A stretch of 64,000 nt of DNA. Source: a bacterium. Lineage in GTDB: Bacteria > Patescibacteriota > Microgenomatia > UBA8517. Shown here piece by piece: positions 20,341-29,633 of this stretch (positions within the stretch are counted from its first letter, which is position 1; the number at the start of each line of letters is the position of its first letter). Location of the stretch: assembly GCA_021824915.1 (NCBI GenBank), contig JAKAJP010000018.1:596-64595 (forward strand), in the 5' to 3' direction. Both the position numbers and the translations under genes were made by a program. A model generated the notes under the pieces. The model ran no database searches, was not told the origin of the DNA, and worked only from the letters and a program-made list of their open reading frames with translations.

Positions 20341-23300
20341 TTCAACTACATAATGAATATCAACGCGACGACATTCTTAAATTTCTTGAAGAAGATTTTT
20401 TAACAGATTTCAAAAGAGACGTCAGACCTGTTAACACTAAAGGCCTATCCTCGATACAAAAAGCGAATTATTTAGGAGAAAGTAAAAATCTTGATCTTCA
20501 AGTTTTTGAATTTTTATTTGAAGGCTCGCCAAATAAACGCGTTGCTTTAACAAAAGACGCTTTTTCGGTAATGCGGTCAAGTGCAATCTTTCGAGCTTTA
20601 GCAGTTTTTCATTCTGCGGATAACAAAGATTGGCGTTTTTCATTAATGACGGCTACTCCCGAACCGACTGAAAAAGGTAAAGTAACTCTTTCTTATTCCA
20701 ACCCCAAACGGTTATCTTTTTTTCTAGGACCGAACGCCAAAATAAATACCCCAACGAAATTTTTAGTCAGCAAAGGGAAAGTTTTGGATTTTGAAGATTT
20801 GAAAAATAGATTTTCTATCGAAGTCGTTAATAAGGAATTTTACAAGGAAATATCCCAGGCCTTTACAAAACTTGTTTCAGGTTTGCTCAAGCTCCCCTCA
20901 ATTGAAGGTAAAAGTCAAACCAATCTTGAATTTGCGGTTCGTTTGATTGGTCGCATAATTTTCTGTTGGTTTTTGAGAGAAAAGAAAAGTCATGCTGGTC
21001 TTGCTTTAATGCCAAAGGAATTGTTATCTCTTGAGGCCATTAAAAAAACAGAAAACTATTATCACAAAATTCTTGAACCGATTTTTTTTGAAGTTTTGAA
21101 TATGCAAGTTAAATCAAGAAAGAATGATTTTGCAGAAGAACCATTTTCTCATGTCCCTTACTTAAATGGAGGATTATTTTCTCCCCAAGACGATGACTAT
21201 TACAAACGCACCAATGGCGATATTCAATCACAATTTCAAAACACACTAATAATTCCTGATAGTTGGTTCAAAGATTTTTTTGAAATTCTTGAAACTTACA
21301 ACTTTACGATCGACGAAAATACTAGCTACGACGAAGAGCTTTCTATTGATCCCGAAATGCTCGGCCGGATATTCGAAAATCTTCTTGCTGAAATTAATCC
21401 AGAGACAGGTGAATCTGCAAGAAAAAGTACGGGAAGCTATTACACACCAAGAGTGATTGTAAATTATATGGTTGACGAAAGCCTGCTTCTTTATCTGAAA
21501 GTGAAAACTAATATAAGTGAAGAAAAATTACGGGCAATTATAAGCTACGATCTGGGTGATGACGTAGAAAATCCGTTAACGGCAGGAGAAAAAGAAAAAA
21601 TTATAGATGCCTTAGAAAAAGTTAAAATTTTAGATCCCGCTTGCGGATCTGGTGCTTTTCCGATAGGTGCTTTACAGAAAATTGTGTTTATCCTCCAACA
21701 AACCGATCCAGATGGACAATTGTGGTTTAAGAAACAAATCTTGTCCACTCCTGCAGAAGTAAGGAAACTTATAGAACATGAGTTTGACCATAAGAATTTT
21801 GATTACATCAGAAAACTTGGAGTCATTAGGCAAAGCATATTTGGTGTTGACATCCAACCCGTTGCAACAGAAATATCTAGACTTCGGTGCTTTTTAACTT
21901 TAATTGTTGAAGAAACAGTGGACGACAGTGAGAAGAATCGAGGCATTGAACCCCTTCCAAATTTGGACTTTAAATTTGTTACTGCCAATAGCTTGATTGG
22001 TTTTCCCGAAGAAAAATCCGGTATTGAACAGCAAAATCTACTAGGTTCTGATGAAGGGGAAATGATTCTCCAACTCAGAAATATAATGGATGACTATTTC
22101 AACTCACACAATCACGAAAGGGAGGAATGCAAAAAAAGATTTTATGTAATAAGAGATGAGTTAAGAAAATACACGGTGAACAATAACTCGTGGAACGAAC
22201 GCACGAAATATCTTACTACTTGGGACCCATTCGGCCATGAACCTTCTTCATGGTTTGATCCTGAATGGATGTTCGGGATTAAAAACGGATTCAGCATAAT
22301 AATTGCAAACCCTCCTTATGTGGGTGAAAAAGGTAATGAAGACATATTCCATGAAGTGGCTAAAACTGAATTTGGCAAAAAATTCTACACGCGATGGATG
22401 GACTATTTCTATTTCTTTTTTCATAAGGGTATCGAGATGGGTGATAAAACCGCGGTAATCTCTTTTATAAGTACAAATTATTTTTTAACCGCTACCGGGG
22501 CAATAAAATTACGAAGAGATATTAGGGATCGGACATGTATAAAATATCTGATCAATTTTAATGAGCTAAAAGTATTCGAAGCGGCCCAAGGGCAACATAA
22601 TATAATTACAATTCTTGTAAAAGGACGAAATGAAAATGAAATAAGCCTAAATTGTGAAACACAACGAAAAGGTACAGCTTCTATCAACGAAATTCAAATG
22701 ATCCTAAACGGGAAAGACGACAAAACCTCGTATTACCAAATTCCTCAAAAATACTTGTTTGAGGGACAAGACTGTCAAATAAGGTTAAATGGTTCAACTG
22801 ACACAAATAGTGCATTGCAGAACATTTTACAAAAAATTAAACGGCAGTATTATTTTCTTGATGACGCGTGCGTAATTAGTCCAGGAGTTTTTTCCGGTGC
22901 CGATAGAGTTTCAAGCCAACATATTAAAAAATTTGGAAATTCTTTTGTCAAAAAGGGTGACGGTATTTACGTTTTAACGAAAGAGGAATTAGAAGACTTG
23001 AATCTGAGTGATGAAGATTACCAAAAGTACATAAAGAAGTTTTACAAAAATTCAGATGTTAAGAAATACTATGCCAACACCAAAAATAAATACTACCTTA
23101 TTTACATACGAGACGAGGGAAAACCAATCAAGCTATCAAAAAATCTTGAACAACATTTCTCTAAATTTGAGACGATATTAACTGGTGTTAAACGAAATTT
23201 TCTTAAAAACGCTGTTGCAAGAGAGATCGTTAAAAAATGGCTAGATAATGGAAATTATTTTGTAATGTTCCTACCAAAAAAAGAAAGTATATTTACCAAA

Positions 23301-23750
23301 CCCAAAATAATAACTCCTTATAGAAGTAGTTCTAACAATTTTGCATATGTTGAAGGCGATTGGTTTGCAAGCCAAGATGTTTATTTTATAAACCAGAAAG
23401 ACTTCTATACAGATCTAAAATATATTTTGGCTCTTCTAAATTCAAAGTTATATCTCTTGTGGATGTTTAATAAGGGTAAAAGGAAAGGCGAAACGCTTGA
23501 ATTTTACCAAAAGCCTCTTTCAGAAATACCTATTAAAAAACTTACATTGAGTGAGCAATCCCCATTTATCAAAATTGTAGAAAAAATACTATTTCTCACG
23601 AGTTCTGGCGATTATTTGACCGACTTTGAAAAACAAAAGAAAGTTATAGATTATGAAAATCAGATTGACCAATTAGTTTATAAACTCTATGACTTATCAT
23701 CAGAAGAGGTAGAGATTGTAGAAAATACCACAAAACAGTCCAATGAGTGA
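20337..23750 (+). CDS. Large N6-adenine DNA methyltransferase with target-recognition domain (Eco57I/Type IIG/DrmMI-like)
   Basis: YLNGGLF, DPEMLGRIFENLL, GSYYTP, ILDPACGSGAF, GVDI, IANPPY, TaqI_C-like YILALLNS, IDQLVYKLYDL. Confidence 0.92.
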   Translation: MIQLHNEYQRDDILKFLEEDFLTDFKRDVRPVNTKGLSSIQKANYLGESKNLDLQVFEFLFEGSPNKRVALTKDAFSVMRSSAIFRALAVFHSADNKDWRFSLMTATPEPTEKGKVTLSYSNPKRLSFFLGPNAKINTPTKFLVSKGKVLDFEDLKNRFSIEVVNKEFYKEISQAFTKLVSGLLKLPSIEGKSQTNLEFAVRLIGRIIFCWFLREKKSHAGLALMPKELLSLEAIKKTENYYHKILEPIFFEVLNMQVKSRKNDFAEEPFSHVPYLNGGLFSPQDDDYYKRTNGDIQSQFQNTLIIPDSWFKDFFEILETYNFTIDENTSYDEELSIDPEMLGRIFENLLAEINPETGESARKSTGSYYTPRVIVNYMVDESLLLYLKVKTNISEEKLRAIISYDLGDDVENPLTAGEKEKIIDALEKVKILDPACGSGAFPIGALQKIVFILQQTDPDGQLWFKKQILSTPAEVRKLIEHEFDHKNFDYIRKLGVIRQSIFGVDIQPVATEISRLRCFLTLIVEETVDDSEKNRGIEPLPNLDFKFVTANSLIGFPEEKSGIEQQNLLGSDEGEMILQLRNIMDDYFNSHNHEREECKKRFYVIRDELRKYTVNNNSWNERTKYLTTWDPFGHEPSSWFDPEWMFGIKNGFSIIIANPPYVGEKGNEDIFHEVAKTEFGKKFYTRWMDYFYFFFHKGIEMGDKTAVISFISTNYFLTATGAIKLRRDIRDRTCIKYLINFNELKVFEAAQGQHNIITILVKGRNENEISLNCETQRKGTASINEIQMILNGKDDKTSYYQIPQKYLFEGQDCQIRLNGSTDTNSALQNILQKIKRQYYFLDDACVISPGVFSGADRVSSQHIKKFGNSFVKKGDGIYVLTKEELEDLNLSDEDYQKYIKKFYKNSDVKKYYANTKNKYYLIYIRDEGKPIKLSKNLEQHFSKFETILTGVKRNFLKNAVAREIVKKWLDNGNYFVMFLPKKESIFTKPKIITPYRSSSNNFAYVEGDWFASQDVYFINQKDFYTDLKYILALLNSKLYLLWMFNKGKRKGETLEFYQKPLSEIPIKKLTLSEQSPFIKIVEKILFLTSSGDYLTDFEKQKKVIDYENQIDQLVYKLYDLSSEEVEIVENTTKQSNE

Positions 23751-25467
23751 TCCTATCCTACATAAAAAACAAAAAGACGAAAGAACAGCACAAACAGAGG
23801 AAATTGTTAATTCCACTGAAAAGAAACGACTGATAGTGTCTGGTCCCGGAACGGGTAAAACTTTTATATTTGAGGCGGTAATTAAGAAGAACCCTACCGG
23901 AAAAAAATTAGTACTAACGTTTATCAGAAGATTGGTATCAGATATTGATCAAAAAATACAATTAAAAAATACATGCAAGACTTTTCATGAATTTGCAAAG
24001 GGATTGTTGCATAACCAAAAAGGTTCTTTTGATTTACAACCGTATTTATCAGACATCATTAAAAGAGATGCGGAGTTGTTAGGGTTAGATCTACAGGAGT
24101 TTGATACAAAATTTCAAGAACTTGATGAATATGGGTCAGAAATACCTTTTTATATTAAACGAGGTGATTACTATAATACCGTTTCATTCAATGATTCTGT
24201 ATATCGAATTTTTAAAATGGCAACAAAAGATGAAGCCGTTTTACCAGAATTTACCCAAATCATAGTTGATGAATACCAGGACTTTAACAAACTTGAGATA
24301 GAACTCATCAAACTTTTAGAAAAGCGTGGACCAATACTAATAGCTGGAGACGATGATCAAGCCCTGTATGATGGCCGTTCGGCTTCCTCAAAATATATTA
24401 AAGAGTTGTATCGATCGGGAAGGTTCAAGGTTTTTAAGCCTAAATATTGTAGTCGTTGTACGTTAGTGATAGTTAATGCCATGAATGCTTTCATCAAAAA
24501 TGTTCAGAGGTTTGGTTTTTTCAAAGATAGGATTGAAAAAAATTATGAATGTTACCTTCCAGATAAGGAGAACGATAGTGTTAAACATCAGAAAGTCGAT
24601 TTTGTTGAATGTAGCACGATAAAAACAGTGGCAAAATATGTGCGAAGAATGGCAGAAAAAATAGATGTCCAAGATATCCAAGATTCTCATAAGGGCGGGT
24701 ATCCGACCATTTTAATAATTGGTCCATCATATTATCTCAGAGTAGTCTATGAAGAACTCCAGAAGGAGTTTGCTAACATAATATTTACTCCAAGTGAAGA
24801 GTTTACTTATTCTTTAAGTGATGCTTACAGGTTACTATTGGCTGATGAATTCTCCAACATGGGTTGGAGAATATTGGCAGAATTTTCTATCGGTGAAAAA
24901 ACACTTGCGGATATAATTGCTGGGTCAGAAAACGCAACTCCAATTATCGATTTATTACCGAAGGAAATAATATCAACACACCAAAAGATCTTAGAGATAA
25001 TTAAAAGTATCACAAACAAGGATACTTTTAAAAATGAATTTGTTAATGAATTGAAAAAAACATTACCAAATAATTACACGGAAATAATTGAAAATTTTAG
25101 ATACAAAGATGAAGAACCAAAAGACGAGACTCAAATTGACAAAACAAAACCGTCGATTTTGCTTACCTCGTATAAGGGAGCTAAAGGATTGTCTGGTGGG
25201 CACGTTTTCCTTCTCGGGGCACATAACGGCTCACTTCCCAAAAATAAAGATATTATAAGTGATGTTGAGATTTCACAATTTTTAGTTGCAATGACCCGGA
25301 CTAGAAAAAAATTATTCCTGGTAAGTAACAGATGGTATATAAACCCCATGACACCAGATCACAAATTTATTGACCCTAATGAAAGAAGTATATTTATTGA
25401 TTGGATACCAAATGAATTTTTAAATAATGTAGGTTATTTAAAAAGCGATGATGTAAATAAGTTATAG
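23743..25467 (+). CDS. Short UvrD/Rep-family SF1 helicase (GajB-like size)
   Basis: SGPGTGKT, TFHEF, IVDEYQD, AGDDDQALY, AKGL, VAMTRTRKKL. Confidence 0.88.
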   Translation: MSDPILHKKQKDERTAQTEEIVNSTEKKRLIVSGPGTGKTFIFEAVIKKNPTGKKLVLTFIRRLVSDIDQKIQLKNTCKTFHEFAKGLLHNQKGSFDLQPYLSDIIKRDAELLGLDLQEFDTKFQELDEYGSEIPFYIKRGDYYNTVSFNDSVYRIFKMATKDEAVLPEFTQIIVDEYQDFNKLEIELIKLLEKRGPILIAGDDDQALYDGRSASSKYIKELYRSGRFKVFKPKYCSRCTLVIVNAMNAFIKNVQRFGFFKDRIEKNYECYLPDKENDSVKHQKVDFVECSTIKTVAKYVRRMAEKIDVQDIQDSHKGGYPTILIIGPSYYLRVVYEELQKEFANIIFTPSEEFTYSLSDAYRLLLADEFSNMGWRILAEFSIGEKTLADIIAGSENATPIIDLLPKEIISTHQKILEIIKSITNKDTFKNEFVNELKKTLPNNYTEIIENFRYKDEEPKDETQIDKTKPSILLTSYKGAKGLSGGHVFLLGAHNGSLPKNKDIISDVEISQFLVAMTRTRKKLFLVSNRWYINPMTPDHKFIDPNERSIFIDWIPNEFLNNVGYLKSDDVNKL

Positions 25468-25469
25468 AA

Positions 25470-26216
25470 ATGAATAAATACCACCAACGAGCCAGAAATT
25501 TGTATGATCCTAAATCGGATAAGCCGTTTGCTATCAGCAGAAGCAAGATCGATTTATTTTTAGAATGCCCTAGGTGTTTCTATTTGGATTGTCGGCTTGG
25601 TTTGGGGAGAACGAGTATCCCCAGTTTTTCATTAAACTCTGCTGTTGATGCCCTCCTTAAAAAGGAATTTGATCTACTCCGTAAAGAAAAGAAACCTCAC
25701 GAACTTATGACGTTGTACAACATTAAAGCAGTTCCTTTTGACCACCCAGAAATTGACAAATGGCGGGAAAATTTTGTCGGTAAAAGATATTTGCATGAAG
25801 GAACAAACCTAGAAATCTTCGGGGCAGTTGATGATCTTTGGATTAATTCCCAAAAAGAACTCTTAGTTGTTGATTATAAATCTACAAGTACAAGTAAAGA
25901 AATTTCGTTGGAAGATGAGTATAAGCAAGGATACAAAAAGCAAATGGAAATTTACCAATGGATTTTCAGAAAAAGCGGATTCAAGGTAAATGATACTGGT
26001 TATTTTGTTTTTGCCAATGCAAGTAAAGAAAAACCAAAATTTGATAAGAAGTTAGTTTTTAATCTCTCAATAATCTCCTATAAAGGTGATGATTCTTGGG
26101 TAGAACCAACAATTTTTGAAATCAAGAAATGTCTTGGTTCGGACGAAATCCCTGATTCAGATCCCGACTGTGAGTTTTGTGAATATAGAAAATTAATAAA
26201 ATCTTTTGAAAAGTAA
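25470..26216 (+). CDS. PD-(D/E)XK nuclease (Cas4/AddB-like, Cys-containing)
   Basis: SRSKIDLFLECPRC, GAVDDL, VVDYKST, QMEIY, C-terminal CEFC. Confidence 0.88.
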   Translation: MNKYHQRARNLYDPKSDKPFAISRSKIDLFLECPRCFYLDCRLGLGRTSIPSFSLNSAVDALLKKEFDLLRKEKKPHELMTLYNIKAVPFDHPEIDKWRENFVGKRYLHEGTNLEIFGAVDDLWINSQKELLVVDYKSTSTSKEISLEDEYKQGYKKQMEIYQWIFRKSGFKVNDTGYFVFANASKEKPKFDKKLVFNLSIISYKGDDSWVEPTIFEIKKCLGSDEIPDSDPDCEFCEYRKLIKSFEK

Positions 26217-27493
26217 TGGACATTTTTGGAAGATTGGCGACAAATATCAGACTTAAATTTAAAAATTTTGTTTTCGGAATTAAAAAATATTTCAAAAAAC
26301 TTCTTCTTCCAATTTATCTTTTCCCAATCAAGCTGATTACCTATTCCGCTTATTATCTTCTAAAGTTTTTGATTAAACTTCTGATTGCCTTTATAGGCTT
26401 AATAATTGACTGTATTGTTTTTCCGTTCAAATCACTTAAAAATTTTCTTAAATCGATCGTTTTGACAATAGTTGTGATTTATTTATGCCTAACTCTCGTT
26501 GTTATAGCCGACTATCTGAAAAGACAATACGGAAGTTTTAGGAAAACATTTTGCGCATTAGGGTACCCAATAAATCAGAAGTTGCAAAAATCGGTTGTTA
26601 GGATAATCGGGGGATATTCTGAAGGTTCCGGATTTTTTGTCGAAGATGACAAAGTTTTAACAAATTTTCATGTAATCGCGGACGAGCCAAGCCCCAAGAT
26701 AGTATTTCCGGACGGAAGCTTTACGACGCCTGTAAAAATATTGGGAAATAAAGATGCTGACTTGGCGTTGTTATTTGTTAAAGAAAAAAGATCCGACTTG
26801 GTTTTTAAACTTCCCGACGAAATTAAACTCTACGAAGATGAACCTTTGGTTTCAGGAGGGTATGCCTTGGGTACGAATTTAAGTGGAGAAACCACTGTCG
26901 TAAAAGGGAATTTTGTAAATTTCAGAAAGCAGAAGACTTCCCCTGTGGGTTATATCCAGACCAACCTCAGTTTAGTTCGCGGGATGAGTGGAGGACCGCT
27001 TGTTGATCAATGCGGACAAGTCGTGGGCATTAATACCCAAAGCCTGGCCGGGCTTTCCTTGTTTATCACCGGTGTTGATGCCAAAAACCTGATTCCCAGT
27101 TTTACCGACCAAAATATAACTAAAATTAATGTTGATCCTTCAAAATCTCCCGAAGATGCCGTCTATGCTTTCTACACGTATCTCAAAGCCAGAAGAATGC
27201 GGGATGGTTTTAATTTATTGAGTGCGGAGTACCTTAAAAAGACTAACTATCAGGAGTGGACGAACCGGTTTACCGACATTTTGGATGTTAATGTTTTCAA
27301 GACGGAAAGATATCAAAATTCGGGAGATGTGGCGTTTGTGAAATTTTCTACTAAAAATTGGGTGGATGGGGAAGCGGAAATGCATTTTTATGAGGGTACG
27401 TGGCAGACGGTAAATGAGGATGGAGTTTATAAAATGTTCAGGGCTGATATCAAAGAAGTCGAAAATCCGGATTGGAATTGGTTCTATGAATGA
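26216..27493 (+). CDS. Membrane-anchored trypsin-like serine protease
   Basis: GSGF, LTNFHV (His), DLALL (Asp), GMSGGP (Ser); hydrophobic N-terminus; no PDZ evident. Confidence 0.88.
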   Translation: MDIFGRLATNIRLKFKNFVFGIKKYFKKLLLPIYLFPIKLITYSAYYLLKFLIKLLIAFIGLIIDCIVFPFKSLKNFLKSIVLTIVVIYLCLTLVVIADYLKRQYGSFRKTFCALGYPINQKLQKSVVRIIGGYSEGSGFFVEDDKVLTNFHVIADEPSPKIVFPDGSFTTPVKILGNKDADLALLFVKEKRSDLVFKLPDEIKLYEDEPLVSGGYALGTNLSGETTVVKGNFVNFRKQKTSPVGYIQTNLSLVRGMSGGPLVDQCGQVVGINTQSLAGLSLFITGVDAKNLIPSFTDQNITKINVDPSKSPEDAVYAFYTYLKARRMRDGFNLLSAEYLKKTNYQEWTNRFTDILDVNVFKTERYQNSGDVAFVKFSTKNWVDGEAEMHFYEGTWQTVNEDGVYKMFRADIKEVENPDWNWFYE

Positions 27494-27504
27494 TACAATG
27501 AATC

Positions 27505-28233
27505 ATGAGCGACGGGGCGAATATTCTTTCTGTTGAAAACCTCAAGGTTGAATTTGATAATCACGTAATCCTCAATGGAATTAGTTTTGATATAAAAAGG
27601 GACGATACTTTGGCGATAATCGGGCCGAATGGGGCGGGAAAATCCGTTCTTTTCCGCGCTCTTTTAGGGCTTATTCCTTATTTCGGAAAAATTACATGGG
27701 CGGCGGATGCCAAAATCGGTTATGTTCCTCAAAAACTTTCCGTTGCAAAAGATTTACCATTAACCGTTAACGAATTTTTGAAATTTAAGGAAAAGAGTGA
27801 TCAAAAAATTCATGAAGTTTTGGAAGAAGTCGGTTTTCAGAAAGAAGCCAATCACGTTCATAACGATGCAAGAGTTCTAAAAACCCGAATGGGGGATTTA
27901 TCCGGAGGAGAAATGCAAAGAGTGTTAATTGCCTATGCGCTTTTGAATAACCCAAATATCCTTCTTTTTGACGAGCCCACGGCGGGGGTTGATGTTGCCG
28001 GGGAAGAAACGATCTATTCTTTAATCCATAAACTTCAGGCAAAAGCGGATTTAACAATAATTTTTATTTCTCACGAACTTCAAGTTGTAAATAAGTACGC
28101 AAATAATGTTTTGTGTCTAAACCGCGAAATGGTTTGTTTCGGGCCGCCGCAGACGGCGATTGACCGCGAAATCTTAAATAAAATGTACGGTGAAGAAGTC
28201 CATTTATACAAACATCACGATCATGACCACTAA
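27505..28233 (+). CDS. znuC: Zn/Mn ABC transporter ATPase
   Basis: GPNGAGKS, GYVPQ, LSGGE, LFDEPT, SHEL, His-rich C-terminus HHDHDH. Confidence 0.9.
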   Translation: MSDGANILSVENLKVEFDNHVILNGISFDIKRDDTLAIIGPNGAGKSVLFRALLGLIPYFGKITWAADAKIGYVPQKLSVAKDLPLTVNEFLKFKEKSDQKIHEVLEEVGFQKEANHVHNDARVLKTRMGDLSGGEMQRVLIAYALLNNPNILLFDEPTAGVDVAGEETIYSLIHKLQAKADLTIIFISHELQVVNKYANNVLCLNREMVCFGPPQTAIDREILNKMYGEEVHLYKHHDHDH

Positions 28234-28990
28234 CATATTATTTTTACTTTTTATCGGGGCAATGGTAGGCGCAGTGAGCGCATACCTGGGAAGTTTTATG
28301 GTTCTTAAGCGTATGTCCTTGGTCGGGGACGCATTAAGCCATGTGGCTCTTCCCGGAATTGCGATAGCTTTAACATTCGGAATTAACCCGATGATTGGTG
28401 CCCTAACTGCGCTTTTGATTGCAACTTTCGGGATTTGGTATTTAAGTGAACATTCGGAAGTTTATCCGGAAGCTCTTGTCGGAGTATTTTTTACGGCCTC
28501 GCTTTCCTTGGGACTTCTTTTGACTCCCGAACCGGACTTACTTGAAGCTCTTTTTGGGAATATAGATAAAGTTACAATGTTTGACGGGGCATTCGTGATA
28601 ATTGGCGCAATTATAATTTTTGTGACCACTTATGCAATTTCAAAAAATCTTCTTTTGGGAGTTGTTTCGGAAGACTTGGCCAAATCTCAAAAGATAAATA
28701 TAGGGAAAATAAATCTGATTTATTTGGTTTTGGTTGCATTAGTTGTTGCCCTGGGGGTAAAGTTTTTGGGAACTCTTTTGACCGGAGCAATGGTGATTAT
28801 TCCCGCCGTAACTGCGAAGAATTTAGCTAAAAGTATTCAGAACTACCATTTGGTATCTGTAATTATCGGAATTATTTCTTCCGTAGCAGGAATTTTAATT
28901 GCAAAATCTTTTGGAATTTCATCCGGTCCGGCTGTAGTTCTAACTGCCGTGACGCTATTTGCATTTAGTTATTTGTTTAAGTTAAAATAA
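28223..28990 (+). CDS. znuB: Zn/Mn ABC transporter permease
   Basis: RMSLVGDALSHVALPG, LFG, multiple TM helices. Confidence 0.9.
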   Translation: MTTNILFLLFIGAMVGAVSAYLGSFMVLKRMSLVGDALSHVALPGIAIALTFGINPMIGALTALLIATFGIWYLSEHSEVYPEALVGVFFTASLSLGLLLTPEPDLLEALFGNIDKVTMFDGAFVIIGAIIIFVTTYAISKNLLLGVVSEDLAKSQKINIGKINLIYLVLVALVVALGVKFLGTLLTGAMVIIPAVTAKNLAKSIQNYHLVSVIIGIISSVAGILIAKSFGISSGPAVVLTAVTLFAFSYLFKLK

Positions 28991-28994
28991 CAAA

Positions 28995-29633
28995 GTGAAA
29001 AATAAATTGGTTGTCGCAATCGCCGTAGTTTTGATTCTTCTGGTCGGCGGATACGGAGCATACAGAGTTTATAAACACTTCAAGAGGTTGGCAAATCCGA
29101 TTGCCCAAGTAATTCAAAATGCGAGCAAACCTACAACATTGAAAGATTTGTTGGGGTTGGGGAGCGCGCAGAAATGTACTTATACAGGGGGCACGGTTTA
29201 TGTTGCAAGTGGAAAAGTTAGGGGAGACTTTGGTGTTACTGAAAGCGGTAAGACAATAAATTCACATATGATTGTTGACGGAACGACCAGCTACATTTGG
29301 ACCGATGGTGAAAAAACCGGTTTTAAGATGACTTTTAACCCTGACGCAACGAGTGCACCTGCTCCTTCAATGTCACCAAGTGCAGCCGAGGCAGGACAGA
29401 GTGGTGCAATGGAGGCTGAACAACCTCAAGATTATAAGTGTGAGAGTTGGGCTTCCGATCCGACAATGTTTACTCTACCGAAAGATATAACTTTCCAGGA
29501 TTTTGGTTCTCTAGTACCGACGGCCGCGCCGCAGTCTACGGGTTCAACGGGCAATTCTTCTCAATGTGCGTACTGCGATAATCTTAGCGGGAACGATAAG
29601 ACGCAGTGTCTCTCCGCTCTTAACTGCAAATAA
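28995..29633 (+). CDS. Hypothetical membrane-anchored exported protein, Cys-rich C-terminus
   Basis: N-terminal TM, six Cys including CAYC...C...C tail, Pro/Ser linker. Confidence 0.8.
   Translation: MKNKLVVAIAVVLILLVGGYGAYRVYKHFKRLANPIAQVIQNASKPTTLKDLLGLGSAQKCTYTGGTVYVASGKVRGDFGVTESGKTINSHMIVDGTTSYIWTDGEKTGFKMTFNPDATSAPAPSMSPSAAEAGQSGAMEAEQPQDYKCESWASDPTMFTLPKDITFQDFGSLVPTAAPQSTGSTGNSSQCAYCDNLSGNDKTQCLSALNCK

Noticed and set aside
17056-26216. Calling the locus DISARM, BREX, Gabija or CRISPR-Cas
   Set aside because: Hallmark genes (DrmA/DrmB, PglZ/BrxC, GajA, cas1/cas2) and any repeat-spacer array are absent from the window.
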